A stretch of DNA of 64,000 nucleotides. It comes from an uncultured Bacteroidales bacterium. GTDB lineage: Bacteria > Bacteroidota > Bacteroidia > Bacteroidales > F082. Each line of letters begins with the position of its first letter. Positions within the stretch are counted from its first letter, which is position 1. Positions 29,418-37,347 of the stretch are shown one piece after another. The position numbers and the translations under genes are program-made. The stretch lies in NCBI GenBank assembly GCA_905234645.1, contig CAJOIS010000002.1, positions 59,326 to 123,325 on the forward strand, read 5' to 3'. The notes under the pieces were generated by a model. The model was not told where the DNA came from and ran no database searches. It saw only the letters and a list, made by a program, of their open reading frames with translations.

Positions 29418-29715
29418 GCCTTACTCGTTTGGGCGTCGCTTTTTTGAAAAAAACATCTTTCGGGTTTTCTGGCAACTCGGGAAGCAATTGCTCAATTTGC
29501 TCTAATTGCCCTACGGCCCGCATCAGGGACAACAACACTTGCAACGACACATTGGCCGTCTTCCCATTCTCAAAACCCCTAATGGTAGGCACACTGACCC
29601 CCGTCTGTTCGGCCACCTCACTTTGAGTCAAGCGGCACTGTATACGATACGTCTTGAAACGCAAGCCCAAGCCTCTAATCAATTCCGTATTTGACAACGC
29701 ATAAATATCTTTCAT
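29407..29715 (-). CDS. hipB: XRE-type HTH antitoxin (HipB-like)
   Basis: LTQSEVAEQTGVSVPTIRGFENGK helix-turn-helix. 11-nt overlap with hipA. Confidence 0.75.
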   Translation of the reverse strand: MKDIYALSNTELIRGLGLRFKTYRIQCRLTQSEVAEQTGVSVPTIRGFENGKTANVSLQVLLSLMRAVGQLEQIEQLLPELPENPKDVFFKKATPKRVRHGK

Positions 29716-29795
29716 AACAAATAAATGAAAATATATTATCGTTTATATCAAATATCATACCATAACAAAAGAAATATTATAGGTATGGAAAGCGT

Positions 29796-30674
29796 TTACA
29801 CCGTATCCATAAAGCTCTTCTGCACCCTGTTGAAGATCAGGACACCGAGGGCGAGGACGACCAGCATGACGCCGAAGCTGTAGGCCAACCAGCCCCAGCC
29901 GACGAACTGGCCCGCACCCAAAGCACCGTGCTTGAAGGTCTCGATGATGGGCGTCACGGGGTTGAGGCACATGATGGTGGCCAAGTCGAGGCCGAACTTC
30001 TGCTTGCCCGCCACCTGGCTCAAAGGATAGACGATAGGCGTGGCATACATCCACAACGAGACCACAAAGGAGAACAGGATCTGCAAGTCGCGGTACTTGG
30101 TCGTCATCGACGAGATGATGATGCCGAAACCCAAAGCCAAACCCGCCATCATGACCACCAACAAGGGGAACAAGGCAAGATACCAATTGGGACAAGGCGC
30201 CTGCCCTATGATGACGTAGTAAAGGTAGACCGCCACAAACAAACCCAGCTGTATGCCAAAGCGCACCAAGTTGCTGATGACACTCGACAGCGGCATGATC
30301 AGCCTGGGGAAATACACCTTGCCGAAGATGCCCGCGTTGGACACAAAGGTGTTCGACGCCTTGCCGAGACAGTCGGAGAAGTAATGCCACATGGCCACAC
30401 CGCCCAGATAGAACAAAGGCTGCGGGATGCCGTCGGTGGGGATGCCCGCAATGCCGCCAAACACCACCATGTACATGATGACCGTGAAGGCCGGCTGGAT
30501 GATCCACCACAACGGGCCCAAGATGGTCTGCTTGTATTGCACCGTGATGGTACGCTTGACGAACAAGGTCAACAGGTCTCGATAATCCCAAATCTCCTTC
30601 AGATTCAACTCAAAGAGTTTGTTCCTTGGCTTGATGACGGTTGTCCAGTTTTCGTTCTCAATTGTCTGACTCAT
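29796..30674 (-). CDS. wzm: ABC-2 type polysaccharide export permease
   Basis: Six TM segments and the RTITVQYKQTILGPLWWIIQP motif typical of Wzm/TagG/KpsM. GC-rich. Confidence 0.85.
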   Translation of the reverse strand: MSQTIENENWTTVIKPRNKLFELNLKEIWDYRDLLTLFVKRTITVQYKQTILGPLWWIIQPAFTVIMYMVVFGGIAGIPTDGIPQPLFYLGGVAMWHYFSDCLGKASNTFVSNAGIFGKVYFPRLIMPLSSVISNLVRFGIQLGLFVAVYLYYVIIGQAPCPNWYLALFPLLVVMMAGLALGFGIIISSMTTKYRDLQILFSFVVSLWMYATPIVYPLSQVAGKQKFGLDLATIMCLNPVTPIIETFKHGALGAGQFVGWGWLAYSFGVMLVVLALGVLIFNRVQKSFMDTV

Positions 30675-30813
30675 TTCAAAGAAGTGTAAAGCTTCGCCAC
30701 TTGACTCACATCAAGACGGCATAACTATTTGCAACTAAACCACTTGCACCACACATAGAGAAGCGGTCGTTTGGTTTCCATTCAGGCTATAGCACACCTA
30801 AATTTACAATCTG

Positions 30814-30821
30814 CAAATGTA
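30814..30821 (-). promoter_or_regulatory. Possible -7 box (TACATTTG on the minus strand) upstream of wzm
   Basis: This is the only TAnnTTTG match in the 199-bp gap. It would give a long (~140 nt) leader. Confidence 0.3.
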
Positions 30822-30842
30822 AGAATTATTTTCCAAATAAAA

Positions 30843-30868
30843 CAAGAAAAAAAAGCGCTCGCTTTTCC
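30843..30868 (-). terminator. Weak intrinsic terminator after the sugar-transferase gene
   Basis: The minus strand reads AAAAGC-gagc-GCTTTT merging into a T8 run. The stem is short and AU-rich. Confidence 0.35.
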
Positions 30869-30873
30869 CCTTT

Positions 30874-32004
30874 TTATTTGGACCGCTTGCCTTTGAAAAG
30901 GATGTTGCCCACGATACGCCAAAAATACTTCCAATCGGTGCGGAAAGGATGCTCCTGATAGGCCTCAAGATAACGGCGTTCGCTTTCTTGGATCTCGTCA
31001 AGGCTATCCGGCATGTCGACATAGAACGGGGGCAGAAGACCGGGTTTGGTCTTGGTCCTAAGCTGCTGCATCTCTTTGGTATAGAGATTGAAATACTGCT
31101 GGCTCAAGGGCCTCACCCCCACCAACTTCATCTGCCCTTTGAGGAGGTTGATGAACATCGGCAACTCGTCGAGCCACGTCTTGCGCAGGAAGCGACCCCA
31201 CTCGGTGATGCGGTAGTCGTCGCTGAACTTGCCACCGACGTCAAGGTCGTTGTTCTCGTAGATATAGGTCTGGAGATACTCGGAATAGGCATACATCGTC
31301 CTGAACTTGAACACGTTGAACTTCTTTCCGTCCTTCCCCACCCTCCTCAATCGGATGAGCAGGCCGTAGGTGTGCTGCTCACGACTGGGCTGACGCTTTT
31401 TCTGGGCGATGACGCAATAGCGGTCGTGGATGTATTGCTCGCTGACCACGTCGAAGCCGCAATAATAGAGTCGTCCCAGCACCTCGGGACGGGGGAATAC
31501 CTTACGCACCTTGCGGGTGCAGAGGTAATAGAACCTTCGTGTCAAGCCCATCTTCGGGCATACCCTATGCCACAGGAAATCAAAGAAATAGGCAATATAG
31601 GCGAAAAATTTGGGGTACCTGCTGAAGAACTGCACGCGGCGTTTTTGGGACGTATCGAACCCGCAGACGAAATAGCCGTCCTGCTTCAGTTTGGCATTGG
31701 CACTGCGCAAGTAGCGGTTGAGGTAACGGATGGCGTTGAGATGGTCCTTAGCCAACAGCAACTCCGCCTCGCCGTCGGGTACGGCCCACGACTTCTCAGC
31801 GTAGTCGTTGAGCCATTTGGAACGCTCGGGGCCTCGAGGCGTCTCGGCCACCTCGATCAGTTCGCGCAGCTGTCCGGGGGCGTCGTCAAACTCGAACCTT
31901 GGAGCATGTTGGGTCTCGGTCACGGCAAGGTATTCCATCACCTCGTCGTAGTTGTCGCGAGCAATCATGTCGTTGAAAAAGGTCCTAACGCCCATACCAA
32001 TCAA
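30874..32004 (-). CDS. Bacterial sugar transferase (polyprenyl-phosphate phosphoglycosyltransferase) with atypical N-terminal region
   Basis: The C-terminal catalytic core is RRVGKDGKKFNVFKFRTM..LDELPMFINLLKGQMKLVGVRP (DE dyad). The first ~230 aa do not resemble the PglC re-entrant helix. Confidence 0.75.
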   Translation of the reverse strand: MIGMGVRTFFNDMIARDNYDEVMEYLAVTETQHAPRFEFDDAPGQLRELIEVAETPRGPERSKWLNDYAEKSWAVPDGEAELLLAKDHLNAIRYLNRYLRSANAKLKQDGYFVCGFDTSQKRRVQFFSRYPKFFAYIAYFFDFLWHRVCPKMGLTRRFYYLCTRKVRKVFPRPEVLGRLYYCGFDVVSEQYIHDRYCVIAQKKRQPSREQHTYGLLIRLRRVGKDGKKFNVFKFRTMYAYSEYLQTYIYENNDLDVGGKFSDDYRITEWGRFLRKTWLDELPMFINLLKGQMKLVGVRPLSQQYFNLYTKEMQQLRTKTKPGLLPPFYVDMPDSLDEIQESERRYLEAYQEHPFRTDWKYFWRIVGNILFKGKRSK

Positions 32005-32009
32005 TGGTT

Positions 32010-33143
32010 TTACTTCTTGTTCAGGAACTCACAAATAGCACCACAAATTCTATCCTGGTCCTCGTTGGTGAGGTAAGGATGGATGGGCAACGAAATCACC
32101 GTGTCGGCCAGCTGGTCGGCAACGGGGCAACGGTTGTCCTCAAGGTTCAGGTAGCTGAACGCCGTCTGACGGTGCATCGGGATGGGATAATAGATGGCCG
32201 TAGGGATGTCCAAAGCCTTCAAGGCAGCTTGCAATCCGGCACGCACTTCCTTGTTCTCCACCTGCAGCGTATATTGCGCCCAGCTGGAATAGAAGACTTC
32301 GGGGACGATAGGCGTCTTCACCACATCCTTCAGTTGCTCGGTATAGCGTGCCGCCACTTTGTTGACATCGTCAAGTTCATAGTCCTTGAAGGCCTTCAAC
32401 TTGACCAACAGGATGGCAGCCTGGATGCTGTCCATGCGCGAGTTCATGCCGATGCGGATGTTGTCGTAGCGGTCGCTGCCCTTGCCGTGGATATGGTAGG
32501 AGTCGACGAGTGCCGCCCATTCGTCGTTATTAGTGAACACTGCACCACCGTCGCCATAGCAGCCCACGGGCTTGGCGGGGAAGAACGAAGTGGTGGAGAT
32601 GTCGCCGAAAGTACATGCCTTTTGGTCACCGATGCGACCACCAAAACCCTGGGCACCGTCTTCGAGAACATAGAGGCCGTATTGGTCGGCCACCTTGCGG
32701 ATCGCCTTGAAGTCGGCAGGCAGACCGAACAGGTCGACGGCGATGACGACGCGAGGCGTGAGTTGTCCCTTCTTCAGGGTCTGCTCCACCTTGCGCTCCA
32801 GGTCGGCGACATCCATGTTGAACGTGTCCTTGTCGACATCGACGAAGACGGGCGTCGCGCCTTGCATGGCGATGACCTCCGCCGAGGCGAAGAAAGTGAA
32901 ACTGGGCACAAAGACAGCGTCGCCTGGTTTCACATCCCAGGCCTTGAGAGCCAACAACAAGGCATCGGTGCCACTGTTGCAGGCGATGCAATGCTTCACG
33001 CCGACATAGTCGGCAAAAGCCGTTTCCATCTCCTTGATTTTCGGGCCCATGACGTAAGCCGATGAGGCCACCACGTCGAGGATGGCCTTGTCCATGTCGT
33101 CCTTCAGGACGTTATATTGGGTTTTTAAATCTCTGAATTGCAT
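32010..33143 (-). CDS. DegT/DnrJ/EryC1/StrS family sugar aminotransferase (WbpE/PglE-like)
   Basis: CNSGTDALLLAL, FVPSFTFFASAE and the PLP-lysine region SFFPAKPVGCYGDGG. Confidence 0.9.
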   Translation of the reverse strand: MQFRDLKTQYNVLKDDMDKAILDVVASSAYVMGPKIKEMETAFADYVGVKHCIACNSGTDALLLALKAWDVKPGDAVFVPSFTFFASAEVIAMQGATPVFVDVDKDTFNMDVADLERKVEQTLKKGQLTPRVVIAVDLFGLPADFKAIRKVADQYGLYVLEDGAQGFGGRIGDQKACTFGDISTTSFFPAKPVGCYGDGGAVFTNNDEWAALVDSYHIHGKGSDRYDNIRIGMNSRMDSIQAAILLVKLKAFKDYELDDVNKVAARYTEQLKDVVKTPIVPEVFYSSWAQYTLQVENKEVRAGLQAALKALDIPTAIYYPIPMHRQTAFSYLNLEDNRCPVADQLADTVISLPIHPYLTNEDQDRICGAICEFLNKK

Positions 33144-33168
33144 CGTTTTATATCAATTGTATGGTCTG

Positions 33169-33196
33169 GTAGAGACGCAATGCATTGCGTCTCTAC
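33169..33196. repeat. GTAGAGACG..CGTCTCTAC hairpin, copy 1 (perfect 28-nt palindrome)
   Basis: GTAGAGACGCAATGCATTGCGTCTCTAC. It overlaps the TAG stop of the N-acetyltransferase gene, between two co-oriented genes. Confidence 0.8.
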
Positions 33197-33750
33197 AATG
33201 ATTCCAAATTTCCGTTGATTTCCTTATATTTTCTGCCACAATCGCATTGCAAGGTATGGTCGAGGCGTTTGCCGCATTCGCAAACCCATCCGATTTGACG
33301 GGCAGGCACGCCGGCCATCAGTGCATACGGCTTCACGTCTTTGGTCACCACAGCGCCGGCGGCGATTAGAGCGCTCTTGCCCACCGTATGGCCACACACC
33401 ACGGTGCAGTTGGCACCCAACGAAGCGCCTTCACAAATCCTGGTCTTGGCATACACGCCATGTACGGGGAAATGGGCGCGCGGCGTGGTCACATTAGTGA
33501 AGACGCAGCTGGGACCGCAGAACACATTGTCCTCGATTTCAACGCCTTCGTAGATGGAAACGTTGTTTTGGACGCGGACATTGTTGCCGATATGGACATT
33601 GTTGCCAACGTTCACATTCTGTCCGAACGAGCAGTTCTCGCCAATGACGGCGCCTTTTTGGATATGACAGAAATGCCATATCTTCGTCCCCTTGCCGATG
33701 CTCACGTTATCATCGACGTAACTGCTTTCGTGTATGTAATAGTCGTTCAT
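33193..33750 (-). CDS. Hexapeptide-repeat amino-sugar N-acetyltransferase (WbpD/WlbB-like) with C-terminal Cys cluster
   Basis: Hexapeptide repeats NVNVGNNVHIGNNVRVQNNVSI and a C-terminal CECGKRL..CDCG. Confidence 0.85.
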   Translation of the reverse strand: MNDYYIHESSYVDDNVSIGKGTKIWHFCHIQKGAVIGENCSFGQNVNVGNNVHIGNNVRVQNNVSIYEGVEIEDNVFCGPSCVFTNVTTPRAHFPVHGVYAKTRICEGASLGANCTVVCGHTVGKSALIAAGAVVTKDVKPYALMAGVPARQIGWVCECGKRLDHTLQCDCGRKYKEINGNLESL

Positions 33751-33773
33751 TTGATAGTCAATTTTACAGGCCT

Positions 33774-33811
33774 GCCCTTCGACCCTTCGACAAGCTCAGG
33801 GCTCAGGGACC
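33774..33811 (+). repeat. CCCTTCGACA..GCTCAGGGACC repeat family, copy 1
   Basis: GCCCTTCGACCCTTCGACAAGCTCAGGGCTCAGGGACC. It abuts the stop of the CCG-domain gene. Confidence 0.7.
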
Positions 33812-34534
33812 TTAATCCCAGCCCGAGGCTAGCACATCTGCGATGTGGATCACCTTAATGGGCAAACCTTCCTTTTCGATATAGGCCTTTTGATGCATCA
33901 GGCAAGTCATGTCAGTTGAAACGATATACTCAGCCCCTGTGTTCATTGCATTCTTCACCTTGTGACCTGCCATGCCCGACGCCAAAGTCTCGTGGTTCAC
34001 CTCCAAGGAAAAATCGGCGCCACAGCACATGTCGTTCTGTTTCATCTCCACCAGTTCAAGGCCTCTCACTTTGGAGAGCAGTTGACGTGCTTCCTTGCCT
34101 AGACCCAAGCCTCTCAGGGCACTGCAGCTATCGTGAAACGTCACCTTATACGGGAACTCAGCTCCAAAATCGTCAAAATGGACCTTGTTGACCAAGAAGT
34201 CGGTCAACTCGTAGACATTAGCCACCATCCGCTTGAAATTCAAGTGATTGGCAGTATTGAAGAAAAGTTCAGGATAACGTTTCTTGATATAATGCACACA
34301 TGCCGCCGAGGGAGCAACCACTGGGCCATCGTATGAGAAATCGTTGAGGAACTTGTCGCCCAGCTCCTTAGCTTCTTCAAGGAAACCGGCATTGAAGGCA
34401 AAGCGACCGCAGCAGGTCTGCTCCGGGTTATACTCCACTTCAACGCCAGTACGTTCCAACACTTTCATCGTATTGGAAGCCACCCTTGGAAAGAATTGGT
34501 CAATAAGGCAGGGTACGAAAAGTTCAACTTTCAT
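33812..34534 (-). CDS. (Fe-S)-binding CCG-domain oxidoreductase subunit (LutA/GlpC family)
   Basis: Two CCG motifs (EQTCCGRF and NDMCCGADF). Confidence 0.65.
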   Translation of the reverse strand: MKVELFVPCLIDQFFPRVASNTMKVLERTGVEVEYNPEQTCCGRFAFNAGFLEEAKELGDKFLNDFSYDGPVVAPSAACVHYIKKRYPELFFNTANHLNFKRMVANVYELTDFLVNKVHFDDFGAEFPYKVTFHDSCSALRGLGLGKEARQLLSKVRGLELVEMKQNDMCCGADFSLEVNHETLASGMAGHKVKNAMNTGAEYIVSTDMTCLMHQKAYIEKEGLPIKVIHIADVLASGWD

Positions 34535-34558
34535 CGCATTTTAAACATAAAAAACGGG

Positions 34559-34566
34559 CAAAAGTA
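34559..34566 (-). promoter_or_regulatory. -7 box (TACTTTTG on the minus strand) for the CCG-domain gene
   Basis: CAAAAGTA on the plus strand, 24 nt upstream of ATG 34534. Confidence 0.45.
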
Positions 34567-34613
34567 CGACTTTTATTTAAAATATATAAATAATATTCAA
34601 AAAACACGACATT

Positions 34614-35846
34614 TTACTGCCGAACAGGCAAAAATTCAGCATCATCCCAGAAGGTGGGATAGGACTTCCCCACTACTTCGGGATGGTCGAAACTGACAGG
34701 GCCGGCGAGCATAGAGAGCGGAGCCAAAGCCATGACGATACGATGGTCATTATGAGCGCAAAAACGAATCGGACGGCTATCCAATTTCGCTAACTCGGTT
34801 TGCATAGCCCGCACCCGATCCGACTCTTTGAACAGAAGGTTGTCAAGCCCCGTGAAAGTGGCTGTAACACCCAATCCGGCACAAGTGGCTGCCATGGTCG
34901 GATAGAGGTCAGGATGCTGGGAGAAATCGAAACGTAAAGGGCGTTTCTCAAAGGGAATCCTTCTCAAAACGAGGGCATCGTTTTCAACAAACGTCCCCAC
35001 ACCCAGTTGGGTCATCCACTCAGCGATAATGGCGTCGCCTTGTAAGTTCGCGGTCCCTGAGCCTGTCGAAGGAGTCGAAGGGCCGCCTAATCCTTGCAAA
35101 CAGACCTCACATTCCTCACTAAACGCCGCCATCTCGTACCAATAAGAGGCTGCGCTCCAATCGGATTCTATTGTAAAATATTGTTTCTCATATGGTTTTG
35201 GCCTGACGACAACCAGTTTGTCTTGTCTTTTAACCTGTGCCGAAAAATGGCACAACATTTTGATGGTCATGTCGAGATAAGGAAGGGAACTGGGACTGCC
35301 AACAAGCTCCATTTCAAGGCCTTGAGGAAACAACGGCGCCGCCAAAAGCAGGGATGAGGCGAACTGGCTGCTTTGGGTCATATCCACTTTCACTTTACCA
35401 CCTTGAAGGGCTTTGCCATGGATCCGCAAAGGAAGGCATCCTTCTTTTTCAACATACTGAATGTCAGCGCCTAAAGCCAACAAAGCATCAACTAAAGGCT
35501 GGATAGGTCGCTGTTTCATGCGCTCGGCGCCAGTGAGGAGCCAGTCGCCTTCGTGACATGCCAGATAGGTGGCCATGAAACGAGCTGCGGTGCCGCAGTC
35601 GGCAATGTTGATGATTGATGTACCTTGTTGAGTTTTATGAATGGCTTTAGAAAGCATAGATTCCTTGCCACGCGCTGCCCTATGCTGGAATGACATGCAT
35701 TCTAAAGCCTCTGCCAAAACCATGGTATCACCCGAATCCGAAAGGTTCCGGAAATCAGGCGCAAAGCCACCATACGCCGCAATCATCAAGGCACGGTTGC
35801 TCTCGCTCTTGCTGGCGGGTAGGGTGATGTCGCAATGAAGTTTCAT
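34614..35846 (-). CDS. aroA: 3-phosphoshikimate 1-carboxyvinyltransferase (EPSP synthase) carrying two in-frame repeat-element insertions
   Basis: LPASKSESNRALMIAA, DCGTAARF, RMKQRPI, SSQFASSLLLAAP, KESDR and NDHRIVMA motifs. See the repeats at 35052-35084 and 35643-35709. Confidence 0.9.
   Translation of the reverse strand: MKLHCDITLPASKSESNRALMIAAYGGFAPDFRNLSDSGDTMVLAEALECMSFQHRAARGKESMLSKAIHKTQQGTSIINIADCGTAARFMATYLACHEGDWLLTGAERMKQRPIQPLVDALLALGADIQYVEKEGCLPLRIHGKALQGGKVKVDMTQSSQFASSLLLAAPLFPQGLEMELVGSPSSLPYLDMTIKMLCHFSAQVKRQDKLVVVRPKPYEKQYFTIESDWSAASYWYEMAAFSEECEVCLQGLGGPSTPSTGSGTANLQGDAIIAEWMTQLGVGTFVENDALVLRRIPFEKRPLRFDFSQHPDLYPTMAATCAGLGVTATFTGLDNLLFKESDRVRAMQTELAKLDSRPIRFCAHNDHRIVMALAPLSMLAGPVSFDHPEVVGKSYPTFWDDAEFLPVRQ
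35052..35084 (-). repeat. CCCTTCGACA..GCTCAGGGACC repeat family, copy 2 (inside the aroA CDS)
   Basis: The minus strand reads GGCCCTTCGACTCCTTCGACAGGCTCAGGGACC, translated as GPSTPSTGSGT. Confidence 0.7.
35643..35709 (+). repeat. ATAGAT/ATGACAT palindromic element, copy E1 (inside the aroA CDS)
   Basis: GGCTTTAGAAAGC-ATAGAT-TCC-22nt-GGA-ATGACAT-GCATTCTAAAGCC. Confidence 0.85.
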
Positions 35847-36847
35847 GGATTCAGCGTCTTGGTCATAACATATTCCAATGCCGACCTCACCAGATCAGGT
35901 TCCACTTCGACATCCCAAACGGGTTTTTCAACTGCCTCAAGCAAAACGAATTGCGATTGCTCTCCTTTGTTCTTCTTGTCAAAAGCAAGGTATGAAAGGA
36001 TGGCGTCCGCATCGGATTCAGTCAACTTCATTTCCGATTCCGAAAGCAGCACGGGCAACTGTTTTTCATAGTCGATCAAAACCTTCTTATTCAGGCCACA
36101 TTGCTTCACGGAGAGCCACAACGCCGCAGCCATACCCATAGCCACCGCCTCGCCATGCAGCAAATGGCTTTCCTTCGTCAGGCTATGGCTTTCAATGGCG
36201 TGGCCGATGGTGTGGCCGAAGTTCAACACTTTGCGCAAACCTTTTTCGGTCGGATCTTGTGCTACAATCTCGCGTTTTATCTCACCGCAACGGAGAATGT
36301 AATCCTGATAATTCTCCAAATTGACATTCAGTAAATTCGCATCAGCGATGAAACCATATTTCAGCATCTCGGCGAGACCCGACAGGATTTCCCGTCTAGG
36401 CAACGTCGACAAAAACACTGGGTCGGCCAGCACTTCCTCCGCCTCGGCAAAAGTGCCGATTTGGTTTTTGGCGGCGCCAAAATCAATGCCGGTCTTCCCT
36501 CCTATCGCTGCGTCGACCATGGCGAGCAGCGTCGTAGGGATGTTGATAAACTTGATGCCGCGCTTGTAGGTCGAAGCTGCAAAGCCGCCCAGGTCGGTGA
36601 TAGTTCCTCCGCCAAGATTGATAATCAAGGCGTTACGGTCAGCATAGTGCTTCAGCAGGGTCTTCCAAATACGCTGCACAGTTTGCAGGTTTTTGTGTTG
36701 TTCGCCAGGCTTAATGATGATATCGACGGCATTTTCACAACCGAGCCAAAACTTTACTTCAGGCAGCCAAAACGGGGCTACATTCTCATCGGTCAGAATG
36801 AATACTTGAGAGGCTTCGGCTATGGTTCGTTTCAGTTTATCGTTCAT
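35843..36847 (-). CDS. aroB: 3-dehydroquinate synthase
   Basis: GGGTITDLGGFAASTYKRGIKFINIPTTLLAMVDAAIGGKTGIDF and LNFGHTIGHAIE motifs. 4-nt overlaps on both sides. Confidence 0.9.
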   Translation of the reverse strand: MNDKLKRTIAEASQVFILTDENVAPFWLPEVKFWLGCENAVDIIIKPGEQHKNLQTVQRIWKTLLKHYADRNALIINLGGGTITDLGGFAASTYKRGIKFINIPTTLLAMVDAAIGGKTGIDFGAAKNQIGTFAEAEEVLADPVFLSTLPRREILSGLAEMLKYGFIADANLLNVNLENYQDYILRCGEIKREIVAQDPTEKGLRKVLNFGHTIGHAIESHSLTKESHLLHGEAVAMGMAAALWLSVKQCGLNKKVLIDYEKQLPVLLSESEMKLTESDADAILSYLAFDKKNKGEQSQFVLLEAVEKPVWDVEVEPDLVRSALEYVMTKTLNP

Positions 36848-37347
36848 TTCAAACCCATTAAAAACGGATAAATGCTTCCGTATATCCTACTTGATTCCTC
36901 GTCGGTGTTCCAATTCAGGATTTCTCCTTTGCGATTGCACACCAACTTAACAGGAGTATAATTCACTCGTTTATAACCAGATAACAACTCTGCGCATTCC
37001 TTGTTGATGAACCTTTTGTCAAGAAGCGGATTGCGCGAAGACATGTTGCAAATCACCACATTCTTGTCAAGGCTTTCCAAACTTGAAACCTGCTCCATTT
37101 CACCCAGACCAACCAACACAATCGCCTTAGTATCTGAGGCTTTACTAAGATATGGTTTTAGATTATTTTCAAAATCGCTCTGACTCGCCTGGCACCAAGA
37201 TGTCATGAAATAAAGGATGGTCGTGTCATGGTTGTCAATCGTTTCCACAACTTTCTGACGGTCATAACCCGAATAGTTCTGATTACAGGAAACAACCATA
37301 ATCGCCATAACCGCACAAAGAGAAGCCATCAATTTTTTCATAATCAA
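36844..37347 (-). CDS. Thioredoxin-fold (TlpA/redoxin-like) exported protein with CxxS motif
   Basis: Signal/lipobox-like N-terminus (MVVSC) and YFMTSWCQAS, i.e. CxxS rather than CxxC. Confidence 0.55.
   Translation of the reverse strand: MIMKKLMASLCAVMAIMVVSCNQNYSGYDRQKVVETIDNHDTTILYFMTSWCQASQSDFENNLKPYLSKASDTKAIVLVGLGEMEQVSSLESLDKNVVICNMSSRNPLLDKRFINKECAELLSGYKRVNYTPVKLVCNRKGEILNWNTDEESSRIYGSIYPFLMGLK

Noticed and set aside
27977-29795. hipBA as part of a recognisable mobile element
   Set aside because: No integrase, transposase, tRNA target or clear flanking direct/inverted repeats are visible. I report it as a junction-associated TA pair only.
29755-30591. A 278-aa minus-strand ORF overlapping wzm in another frame
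   Set aside because: The sequence is Arg/Gly/His/Pro-rich nonsense. The wzm frame gives six clean TM helices and the ABC-2 motif.
30675-30873. Invertible (phase-variable) promoter upstream of wzm, as in Bacteroides capsule loci
   Set aside because: I could not find flanking inverted repeats in the 199-bp gap, and no recombinase gene is nearby. Only a weak terminator and one TAnnTTTG match are present.
30949-33065. Two very long plus-strand ORFs (375 and 353 aa) opposite the sugar-transferase and aminotransferase genes
   Set aside because: The translations are low-complexity and rich in Val/Leu/Gly/His/Asp with no recognisable motifs. They mirror strongly motif-bearing minus-strand genes, which is the typical antisense-ORF artefact of GC-rich, codon-biased genes.
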